From assembly GCA_964016885.1 (NCBI GenBank), contig OZ024741.1:323268001-323332000 (forward strand): a stretch of 64,000 nucleotides of DNA, read 5' to 3'. A model generated the notes under the pieces. It searched no databases. It saw only the letters and a list, made by a program, of their open reading frames with translations, and was not told the DNA's origin. The position numbers were made by a program, and so were the translations under genes. Of this stretch, positions 14,690 through 34,519 are shown in pieces. The DNA is from Eledone cirrhosa. Taxonomy: Eukaryota. The stretch's first letter is position 1. Every line of letters begins with the position of its first letter.

Positions 14690-14900
14690 TAGTAGCAGTA
14701 GTGGTGGTAGTAGTATTTTTTTAATGGATTAGATGAAAGAGCAGTGCCCCTGACCTTTGTTTCAGGGCCTCTGAAGATTGGTGGGAGTAAATTATCTTCA
14801 GACTGGATACCTAGTCAGTATGTTGCAACAAAGTAGACTCCAGTAGAGGGACCCAAGGACCAAAATACTGGAGTAGTAGTAGTAGCAGTGGTGTTGGTAT

Positions 14901-14939
<39 letters not shown>

Positions 14940-15552
14940 TACACAGTAGTACGAGTATGTATTAACATCAATAGTAATAGTAGTAATAGTGGTAGTGCTA
15001 TGCAGTAACATCAATAATAGCAGTGGTAGTGGTGGTGGTGGTGATAGTTGGTCGTAGCAGTGGTGGTAAAACTATGTAGTAACATGAATAGTAACTAATG
15101 TTGTTGGTAGTAGTAGTAGTATGTATGTATGTATGTATGTATAGTAGTATGAATATCAATAGTAGTATGTATATCAATAGTAGTATGTAGTATCACTAGT
15201 GGTAGCAATGGTAGTGTTATGTAATAACAAATAGTAGTAGTGTTATTGTTGTTAGTAGTAGCAGCAGTATGTATTAATATCAATATTGTTAGTGGTAGTA
15301 TGTAGTAACATCAATAGAAGCAGTAGTGCTGTTGGTGGGTGGTAGTGGTAGGGGCAGCAGCAGTATGAACATCAATAGTAATAGTAGTGTTAGTGGTATG
15401 TAACAACAGCAGTTGTAGTAGTAATAGTGGTAGAGGTGCTACGTAGTAACATCAATAGTAGCAATATAATGTTGGTGGTGGTAGTACTTGTAGCAATAAC
15501 AGTGAAGCAGATATACTAAGTAGTAATAGTAGCTGTAGTAGTAACTAGTAAT
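14690..15552. repeat. Degenerate (TAG/TGG)n low-complexity tract
   Basis: Repeated agtagtagt, with a recurring aacatcaatagta subunit. Confidence 0.85.
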
Positions 15553-15570
15553 ACTTGTTAGAGTGACATT

Positions 15571-15675
15571 CTGCCGAGGTTAACTTTGCCTTTCATCCTT
15601 ACGGGGTCGATAAAATAAAGTACCAGTGATGCACTGGTTAATTGCTGGCCTTGTGCCAAAAGTAGAAACAATTAT
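15571..15675 (+). mobile_element. 5'-truncated MetaSINE-like SINE
   Basis: gccgaggttaactttgcctttcatccttacggggtcgataaaataaagtaccag...ccaaaagtagaaacaatt. Confidence 0.8.
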
Positions 15676-16049
15676 TTACTATTACACCACCAAACATTTA
15701 AATCAACATTGAGACAGCCGATATCGTTCATTTTAGGATTGCGTGGGGGTGGGAGGAGAGATCCATTTAATATCATATTTGCATTATTACACATTTTCCA
15801 TCTAAACAACCATAAAACACACACACATATGTATGTGTGTGGTGTGGTGTGTGTGCCTGGTGTGGTGTGTGTGCCTGGTGAACCTACAGTAACTGGACGT
15901 TACAATCCCTAAATATATATAATTATATAATAATTAAATGTGATATGTAATGTATATATATGGTGGCTGCCAACTCGTTTTCGAGTACGGCCACTACTTT
16001 ATATCCATGTAGGAGAACCCCTACTGATGCGCTGAACGAGTGTGACTTT

Positions 16050-16672
<623 letters not shown>

Positions 16673-17351
16673 ACATGACAAAGATATATATATATAAGAC
16701 ATGATAAAACTTTGTAACCTATATATATACACAGTTTAAAATGGAGCATAACTACAATGTAGTGGCCCTTGTTTCCCAAACATGCATAATTTGTTAATGA
16801 ACATCTGGTAGAAATGTAAACTGCTATTATGTTAACGGGATTAAAAAACATTAAAAGATTTAATACTTCATTTAAATAAATAATAAATTAAATCACTATT
16901 GTACAGTTTTGTTCGTTAATGCTTTCAACTGAATACTTAGTGCTTATAGTAAGAGAAATATAAACCCAGAAATGTTTAAATATCTTCCTATTTCAAGTTG
17001 ATAATATAAATTTTTTTTTAAATACTTGTTATCCTAGTGGGAATGAATACTGAAACTAATTTGTAACGAGGTAGGTTATGTGCGTAGATGGCGCTTTCTT
17101 TGGCCAATCATTCTACATCCAATGTAATAGGGAGAGGGGTGAAAGTTTGACTAGAGACAGTGGGTTGACAGAGAGTCTAGTAGAGGTGTAGGAGTTAAAT
17201 AAAAGTGAAGTCAACCGGATAAACCGACACATGCCTACACAGAGATATGCCCACCAAAGAATGAGACAGTAAAAACAGTTCAAACTGACACCATTTTAAC
17301 ATGCTTCAATACATAAACACACATATATATTATATAATACGAAGATATACA

Positions 17352-17528
17352 TAGTGCTACTGGTAACATGTAACCCAGTACTACCCGTCTCATGGCCGGG
17401 TCGTCGGCGACTAAACCGGCAACCCCACCAAGCTTGCTTGGTGAGGAGGATGATATTTGGACACCTTGCAGGATGAAATACAAGACCCGGCAAAGGGCGG
17501 AGGAACTCAGCAGAGTCAACGGCCATCA
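17352..17528 (+). mobile_element. Second copy of the hairpin-rich putative RTE 5' leader
   Basis: gtgctactggtaacatgt...cgactaaac.ggcaaccccaccaag...cttggtgaggagg...agagtcaa.ggccatc matches 16380-16553 reverse-complemented. Confidence 0.55.
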
Positions 17529-17585
17529 AAATAGTATTTTTTTTTTTTTTTTTTTTTTTTACCTGGGAGTGAAGGGCCCTCGTTA

Positions 17586-18258
17586 GATTCTTCTAACGGT
17601 TTAATTTAATTTAATTAAACCGTTAGAAGAATCACTCTAGAACAACTCGAACCCTGGATAAGAGTGTAATAGGACCAATATACAATCCATAGCTGTAACT
17701 ACTTATAAACATTCACTAAAATAAAATATAACCAATATAATGGAAAAGAAAACAATAATATTAATATCTCAACACATGCAAATTTGAACATTACAGGAAC
17801 AATAAATCACACTACATCCACCATAAACTCATAGAAACTACTTTTAATACACAAACATCTCTGTCTGCTTAATATTGTTGTAAACCTATGTTATATTATG
17901 TGATAGCTTTGCCATACTGTAATATATATGCCAAGTACCATTGCTTATTTCCTACCTAGCTTTCCTGTATATGCCTAACACATTTGCACTCTCTATACGC
18001 TTGCATATGTACTGCTAATGTCCTCGTTTTGCGAGTAACTTTCTGCCGCTTAATGTTACACTATTCTCTTGTTATCTCTGTCACATCCAATCCACTCTGT
18101 AAATATGAAACTGTTGATAACATTAATATCTATGTCTCTATATGATTGTTGTGTCGAATAGGAAGTTAATTATATGTCTAAATTTTGTTTGTGCTCCGAT
18201 GATTCCAAACGAAAGTTTGGAAGAAACGATAGTCACCAATAAAATGTTTTGAACATAT
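17586..18258 (+). mobile_element. Non-coding Penelope-pLTR-like element, family A
   Basis: Collinear with 45296-46000. Has a 21-bp-arm hairpin at its 5' end, and a hammerhead motif plus AATAAA at its 3' end. Confidence 0.7.
18191..18240 (+). ncRNA. Minimal hammerhead ribozyme motif, CCGAUGA variant, family A (stem I mismatched)
   Basis: gtgct CCGATGA TTCCAAAC-gaaa-GTTTGGAA GAAAC gata GTC accaat. Confidence 0.6.
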
Positions 18259-18457
18259 TATTGTGTTTTGTGTTTTGTGTTTTGTGTGTGTGTGTTGTGT
18301 GTTTTGTGTTTTGTGTTTTGTGTTTTGTGTGTTTTGTGTGTTTTGTGTGTTTTGTGTTTTGTGTGTTTTGTGTTTTGTGTTTTGTGTGTTGTGTGTTGTG
18401 TGTTGTGTGTTGTGTGTTGTGTGTTGTGTGGTGTGTGGTGTGTGGTGTGTGGTGTGT

Positions 18458-18519
<62 letters not shown>

Positions 18520-18653
18520 TGTGTGTATATGTATATATATATATGTGTGTACATGTATATAAATATGTGTGTGTATATGTATATATATATATTTGTGTAT
18601 ATATATATATGTGTGTGTTTATATGTATATATATATATATATGTGTGTGTGTG

Positions 18654-18993
18654 TCATCATCATCCTCATTTCATTTTACGTCCGCTTTTTCCCTGCTTGC
18701 AAAGGTGCGATGGGAACTGATTCAGGCTTGATTTCTACAGCTGGATGCCCTTCCTAACACCAACCTCATTGACTGAGTGCTGGGTGCTTTTTTGCCGTGG
18801 TACCCCCACGACCACTTTGCAGTGGAATGATATGGACCCCAGGCCCTATCATCTCATTTCTTCAGCTGAGTAAACTGAAGCAATGTGAAATAAAGTGTCT
18901 TGCTCAAGGACACAACACAACACCCGGTCTGAGAATTGAACTCACCTTTCGATTGCAAGGTAAATGCTCTAACCACTAAGCCATCTGCCTCCA
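18654..18993 (-). mobile_element. tRNA-head/CORE-like SINE with RTE-derived tail
   Basis: Minus strand TGGCTTAGTGGTTAGAGC...GAGTTCAATTC...GTGTCCTTGAGCAAGACACTT, with the same tail as the 4280 copy. Confidence 0.8.
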
Positions 18994-19982
<989 letters not shown>

Positions 19983-20930
19983 TTACAATAATCAAAGTTC
20001 AGTTTAAGTCATTTATTTGCTTACAATTGTTTCCTCCAAACCGAGGTTTGGATTCTTCGGAGCAACTATTTACTGATCTATAACATACTTGACCTCCTTT
20101 TCAACCCAAGAGACACATAAAACATATAACACATATGCGCATATTGATCAACAGTGGGGTGACACTCATCAAATGATATAGCATGGCAATTTACATGTAA
20201 AGGTTACAGGATAAAAATAAAAATAAAATAAAATAAAAGCAAGAATGAAAATAAAGATAAACATGAAGCGTTGGCAGTCTATGAAGATAAAGCAAGAGGA
20301 AAGCTTAGTGTAGTCAGTGCATGAAACAATCTCACGTGTAGCATGCACGCGTGTCTTATTTATACATGATTAGAGTGCGTCAGAATGATATTTGCAGGGT
20401 CAGGCAGTTGAAGCAGGCAATCGATCTTATTATGTGGGCTGAATTATTAAGTCATTTATTCTCATACATCTGTATGATATACAGTCTCGGATGCAGGGAA
20501 ACACCAAAATATCAGAAACTTTCAACATACTATAAACCTTATTGTATCGTAGGCAAAGCCGTACCACTGTCTTCGCTCACACCACCACTCACATAATCCA
20601 TGAGACGCGATATATAGAACACGTGTCTATCGTATAATTCGCGATGGTTCAGCATATAATCAAGTTATAAACCGTATCCAGTCGGTTCCTAATTGATCAT
20701 GCTGTCCAGATTCCGGAAGTGTCTGAATGACTAAGGGGAATTAATGCGTAAGGGGAGGTAACTAGCTAGTTATCTTAGTTAAATTACTATCCTAAACTAC
20801 ATTAATGGTGATTCAAATACGTGCCTATCATATGAAGTTATAACTAATTTCTAGAGTATGTTTCCCAATTATAGGTTAGAGAGTTGTCCATTAAGAAGTA
20901 CAAGGGTGTATATATTAAGATGATTACCAT
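19983..20930 (-). mobile_element. Diverged family A pLTR-like element
   Basis: aatgcgtaaggggaggtaactagcta (about 20743) is the reverse complement of the 45232 segment. Hammerhead at its 3' (left) end. Confidence 0.6.
20017..20065 (-). ncRNA. Minimal hammerhead ribozyme motif, CCGAAGA variant, family A
   Basis: Minus strand: TTGCT CCGAAGA aTCCAAAC-ctcg-GTTTGGAg GAAAC AATT GTA AGCAA. Perfect 5-bp stem I and palindromic stem III ACAATTGT. Confidence 0.7.
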
Positions 20931-20938
20931 ACATTATA

Positions 20939-20972
<34 letters not shown>

Positions 20973-20996
20973 TATATATATATATGTGTATATATA

Positions 20997-21027
<31 letters not shown>

Positions 21028-21236
21028 GTCATCATCACCGTTTTACGTCCGTTCTTCCACGCTAGCATGGGTTAGACGGGTTGTCCTGTTGTGGGCAGTG
21101 TCTGGTCGGCTGACCATGCCTTGCTCATACAGGAACTGATCTGGCTTGATTTCTACAGCTGGATGCCCTTCCTAACACCAACCTCATTTACAGTGAGTGC
21201 TGTGATTTCTACAGCTGGATGCCCTTCCTAACACCA

Positions 21237-21237
<1 letters not shown>
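21028..21237 (-). mobile_element. RTE LINE 3' UTR fragment
   Basis: Essentially identical to 24273-24447, with a short internal duplication of tgatttctacagctggatgcccttcctaacaccaa. Confidence 0.8.
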
Positions 21238-21286
<49 letters not shown>

Positions 21287-21439
21287 ATATATATGTATAT
21301 ATATGTACATGGAAAGTTATATTTAAATTGTTGGGTTACAACTAGTAAATATTAATAACTGATATAAAAGCACTCGACAAGTATTTGGAGTATATTTACG
21401 ATATTAAATAAATGGAAACTATATTTATAAAACCATATT

Positions 21440-21505
21440 TATTTCGTTATATATATTTCAGGGATATCATATTAACAATATGCTATGCCTTCCTCAGACA
21501 AAATA
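21440..21505 (-). ncRNA. Minimal hammerhead ribozyme motif, family B (intact core)
   Basis: Minus strand: TATTTTGT CTGAGGA AGG..CATATT-gtt-AATATG..CCT GAAA T ATAT ATA ACGAAATA. Confidence 0.75.
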
Positions 21506-21604
21506 CAATATAAACAGTTTTATAGATAAATAGATTTGACATACCGTACAAGTCGATGTTGTACGGTATGTCAAATCTATTTATCTATAAAACTGTTTAT
21601 ATTG

Positions 21605-21670
21605 TATTTTGTCTGAGGAAGGCATAGCATATTGTTAATATGATATCCCTGAATTATATATAACGAAATA
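21605..21670 (+). ncRNA. Hammerhead motif, family B, with GAAA mutated to GAAT
   Basis: Mirror copy of 21440-21505 that reads cctGAATtatatataacg. Confidence 0.6.
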
Positions 21671-21807
21671 AATATGGTTTTATAAATATAGTTTCCATTT
21701 ATTTAATATCGTATATATATGTATATATATATATATATATATGTGTATATATATGTATATATATATATGTATATATATATGTATATATATATATGTATAT
21801 ATATATG

Positions 21808-21869
<62 letters not shown>

Positions 21870-21917
21870 TATATATATATATATATATCTATATGTATTA
21901 TATATATATATATATAT

Positions 21918-22167
21918 CATCATCATCATCATCATCATCATACGTCCGCTTTTCCCTGCTTGCAAGGGTGGGACGGGTCTTATTCAGCACAGCATCTCTC
22001 CACTCGTCACGGTCCCTCGTCATCTCCACCGTGAGCTTCAATGATCTGAGGTCTGTTCTCACCACCTTCGCCCATGTTTTTCGTGGTCTACCTCTACCAC
22101 GTCTTCCTTCAACTGGCATTTCCTGGCACTTCTTCACCCATTGGTCATCCTCCATGCGCATCCCCCA
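21918..22167 (-). mobile_element. RTE LINE 3' end embedded in (TA)n
   Basis: [38 protein letters not shown]...DRDEWR is the typical RTE C-terminus; (GAT)n tail. Confidence 0.9.
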
Positions 22168-23136
<969 letters not shown>

Positions 23137-23368
23137 GATTTTGAGTTTATGTTGGTTGTATACCTACCAACACCTCAGTATGCAGGCTGGAGCACTCGAT
23201 GAAGTGCGCAAGTTGGTTTGGTTACTCCGGAGTAGTGTAAAATAAAGTTATATATGACTCCAGTTCCCCAGTGAATTAACAACCCAACAAGGAACTGGGC
23301 ATATCAGAGTATTGACAATATCATACACCTAAACAACATATGTACTTGTCTATACCATACTAATTCAA

Positions 23369-23423
23369 ACTGCCTGAAGAGGTCACAGCCAAAGATGGCT
23401 GTCACTGAAATATATATAGCAGT
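23369..23423 (+). ncRNA. Minimal type I hammerhead ribozyme motif, family C
   Basis: ACTGC CTGAAGA GGTcACAGCCA-aaga-TGGCTGTcACT GAAA T ATAT ATA GCAGT, with AATAAA at 23424. Lies within the non-coding insert 23137-23470. Confidence 0.8.
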
Positions 23424-23491
23424 AATAAACAAAGCTAAATTTTAATCATTTGACTTTTATTTAACTTTATGTATATATATATATATATATT

Positions 23492-23567
23492 CTGATGAGC
23501 TTTGGTTTTCCATCATAAATCCATCGGATTTATGAGGTTTTACAAAGCGAAACTGATCAGTAAGGGC
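23492..23567 (+). ncRNA. Hammerhead motif, family D, lacking the 5' strand of stem I
   Basis: CTGATGA GCTTTG...CAAAGC GAAAC TGATCA GTA AGGGC, preceded directly by (TA)n. Confidence 0.65.
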
Positions 23568-23970
23568 CACTAGGAGAGGTAAATATTTATATTATATTTT
23601 TTAATGTATTTTGAAAAATTGATTGAATTTTACTTGTTCTGCTTATCTTAATATTAAAGTTCTGGTGTATCAAATTAACACCATTGAACAACCTTGAATC
23701 ATAGACAACCTATGTATTTCTAAGGGAACCTAGTATCCCTGGACATATTAACTTCTACCTTTTTCTCCGCCCGTTGAGAACAATCCTGTTGCTCTACTTG
23801 GCTGCTATTTTTTTAGTAGTAATTGTAGACAGCAAGTCTTTGATTTTCCCGCTTTTACTTCGGTCCAGTTTACATACGGGTCAATTTTACGACCTTTCAG
23901 ACCTTTATTAGCTGGCAGGAGGTTGTATATTTTGTCGTTCCTGGGACGTTTAGCCCTAGGAAGGGAAAAT

Positions 23971-24052
23971 GCTTCTCTGATGAGCTTTGGTTTTCCATCA
24001 TAAATCCATCGGATTTATGAGGTTTTACAAAGCGAAACTGATCAGTAAGGGC
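23971..24052 (+). ncRNA. Hammerhead ribozyme motif, family D (complete)
   Basis: GCTTCT CTGATGA GCTTTG..TCATAAATCC-atc-GGATTTATGA..CAAAGC GAAAC TGATCA GTA AGGGC. G-C closing pair of stem II and palindrome ACTGATCAGT. Confidence 0.8.
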
Positions 24053-24171
24053 CACTAGAAGAGGTAAATATTTATATTATATTTTTTAATGTATTTTGAA
24101 AAATTGATCGAATTTTACTTGTTCTGCTTATCTTAATATATATATATAAATATAAATATATATATATATAA

Positions 24172-24210
<39 letters not shown>

Positions 24211-24233
24211 TATATATATAAATATATATAAAT

Positions 24234-24268
<35 letters not shown>

Positions 24269-24271
24269 AAT

Positions 24272-25395
24272 ATCATCATCACCGTTTTACGTCCGTTCTT
24301 CCACGCTAGCATGGGTTAGACGGGTTGTCCTGTTGTGGGCAGTGTCTGGTCGGCTGACCATGCCTTGCTCATACAGGAACTGATCTGGCTTGATTTCTAC
24401 AGCTGGATGCCCTTCCTAACACCAACCTCATTTACAGTGAGTGCTGGGTGCTTTTTCGTGGCGCCTACACGTCCACTTTACAGTGTGGGCTGGGTGCTTT
24501 TTTGCCGTGGCACCTCCACGACCACCTTGCGGTGGGGGGGGGGGGCATATTGTTTATATGCTTCAGCATGTACCCATGGGAGGTCGGGTACCCTGTATTA
24601 CTGCGTGACGCCAGAAGTCACGGTCGTGTGTCATTGACTTTGAGAGGTGTAGTTGGGTAAGGTCGGCTTTTATCACCTCATCCCAAGTCATCTTGGGTCT
24701 CCCCACTCCGCGGTTTCCATCAACTTCTAGTGCTCTGCACCTTTTTATGCAGCTGTCATCCTTCATACGCATCACATGTCCATACCAGCGTAACCGCCTC
24801 TCCTGCACGCAGCATTTGATTCCTCTTATGCTCAGTCTCTCTCTCAATTCATTTATGCTTTGTCGTTCACGTATATTACTGTTACACATCCATCGGAGCA
24901 TGCAGGCTTCGTTTCTCTCTAATCTACGTAAGTCTTCCACCTTCAGCGCCCAGGTCTCACTACCATGCAACATCGCTGTTCGGATACACGCATCATACAG
25001 TCTGCCTTTCATTCTGAGGGAGAAGCCTTTTGCAGCTAGCAGTGGTAGTAGTTCCTAAACTTCTTCCATCCCGTTCTTACCCTAGTTATTGTACTTTCTG
25101 AGCACCCACCTCCGTTGCTAATTCGGTCACCTAGGTAGCAGAAGCTGTCTACTGTTTCTACAGGGCCCTCCCAGAGATTGGTGGTACTTGTTTCCTGTGG
25201 CTGTTTGCTTGCTGTTTCAGCACAGCTGCTGCATGTGAATCCTACATTCTTAATTAAGCTTCCTGAGATCCCGCTACATCTCTTGTGTACCCATTGTTTG
25301 CATTTGGGGCAAAGAATGGAGTTCCTACCTACACCTTTCCTACATACTGAGCAAGGCCATTTCCCTGAGGGGATCTGGGTTCTGTTTTCTCGTCT
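24272..25395 (-). mobile_element. 5'-truncated RTE/RTEX LINE (PHD-like finger, RT C-terminus, 3' UTR) with a 1-nt frameshift near 25054
   Basis: [30 protein letters not shown]...FTCSSC...VDSFCYLGD...GWKKFR / ELLPLL...KGRLYDACIRTAMLHGSETW...RRLRWYGHVMR...GRPKMTW; (GAT)n tail. Confidence 0.9.
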
Positions 25396-26861
<1,466 letters not shown>

Positions 26862-27331
26862 ATTAGGCACCTCTATCAAAACACACCCCCGTCCCACCAC
26901 CTCCACCCCACCCACACCGCCCCTTTCAATGCAAAGTATGTTGGTCCCACAACATCCAGGCCGAAACAAATGAGATCGTGTAGGTGTCACGACAAAAAAC
27001 ACACAGTCCACGCTGTAAATGTGGCCGTGTAGGCAACACGGTAAAAACCTCCCTGCCCCACACTGTAAATGTGGTTGGTGTTAGGAAGGGCATCCAGCTG
27101 TAGAAAACCAGCCAGACAGTCCACGCTGTAATGTGGCCGTGTAGGCAACATGGTAAAACCTCCCAGCCCCACACTGTAAATGTGGTTGGTGTTAGGAAGG
27201 GCATCCAACTGTAGAAAACCCGCCAGACAGTCCTATGTGAGCAAGACAACCACTCTTGCCTCAAGTGGGAAAACCCCCGTCCAAACCCATGCAAGCGTGG
27301 AACACGGACGCTAAACCTGATGATGATGATG
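26862..27331 (+). mobile_element. RTE LINE 3' UTR only, with an internal tandem duplication of about 110 bp
   Basis: Reverse-complement homologue of 34520-34915; ends in (GAT)n. Confidence 0.85.
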
Positions 27332-28761
<1,430 letters not shown>

Positions 28762-29868
28762 AACTTTGAATAACTTTGAAATGTTTTGGCCAGTATTGGC
28801 CCAGGCCATGTCTAACTTAATAGCACCACCTGGCGAAGTCTTTCAATTCAGGATTTGGGCACCATGGCCCATTCGAGAAGAGAATTACTGTTTGCGGAGA
28901 CATATCCGGGTGTGGGTGGTTTGTCCGGGATTACTTGGAGGAATTTGTCCAAAGACTTCTTGAATTTTGTGTGGTCAGTTTCTGTTTTGACGTGTCCTGG
29001 TGTGATGTTGAAGAGAGCAGGGCGATTGAGGTGAAATAATTGTGCCGTATTGTTGTTATGAGTTGCGATTTAGATTTTTGAATGGGACGGATAGCACGGG
29101 GCCCAAGCCTTGGGTGTATCTTGAAGGCGATGCCAACATCATTTGGGCAGTGATGATGGAACATTTTCCACATCATGCAGATAATATAACGCTCACGGCG
29201 ACGTTGGAGTGAGTAAAGTTTCAGGTTTTCTAATCGACCCCAGTAGTCAAGGTCTGACATGCCATCTATCTTTTTCGTGATTGCCCTTTGAGGAGCTTCA
29301 AGTTTCGTGATACTTTGTTTCGTGTGGGGAGACCACAGTGGACAACAGTATTCAAGGTGTGGTCGGGCGAAAGTAGAGAAGAGAAGGATAATGGTGCGGG
29401 AATCTCCCGACTGGAAGGTTCTGAGGATCCAGGAACACATTCTGCGGGCCATGTCAACTTTGCTGCTTATATGCGTGGTCCAGCTTATGTTGCTGTCCAC
29501 GGTTACTCCCAAGTCTCTGATGTTGTTAGATGCCACGAGAGTTTCCCCGGAGGGAAGGGAGTACGGGAGTTTCAGAGCATCCTCTTTTCCAAAGTGGATC
29601 AGTTCGAATTTGTCTTCGTTCAGTAACATGTTGTTCTTTTCTGCCCATTGGGTAACAGCCAGTAGGTCTGACTGAAGGCTTATCCGGTCATCCACGCCAT
29701 TGATGACCTTTTGGAGCTTGGAATCATCAGCGAAAATGTTAATGTTGCTGTGTTTGATGATGTCAGTGATGTCATTAATATAGATGATGAAGAGAAGTGG
29801 GCCCAACACAGTGCCTTGTGGGACTCCACTACTGACTTTGGCTGGGCTTGATTTGACTCCCTCAACTA
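28762..29868 (-). mobile_element. 5'-truncated CR1-clade LINE (RT motifs to 3' end) with a 1-nt frameshift near 29021
   Basis: [55 protein letters not shown]. The shifted frame continues [12 protein letters not shown]...FKKSLDKFL. 3' end (TTCAAAGTTA)2. Confidence 0.9.

Positions 29869-34519
<4,651 letters not shown>

Larger units (their letters stand above)
21397..21713. repeat. Near-perfect palindrome, 155-bp arms, 7-nt loop (fold-back pLTR, family B)
   Basis: 21397-21551 is the reverse complement of 21559-21713; loop GTCGATG; one mismatch seen. Confidence 0.95.
23491..24139 (+). mobile_element. Retrozyme/pLTR-like unit: two 164-bp direct repeats (23491-23654 and 23976-24139), period 485 bp, each with a hammerhead (family D)
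   Basis: Repeats differ at about 2 positions. No ORF. (TA)n on both flanks. Confidence 0.8.

Noticed and set aside
23253-23302. SECIS element (ATGA plus hairpin) as in selenoprotein-coding Penelope clades
   Set aside because: The 3' GA of the non-Watson-Crick quartet is missing and there is no linked ORF.
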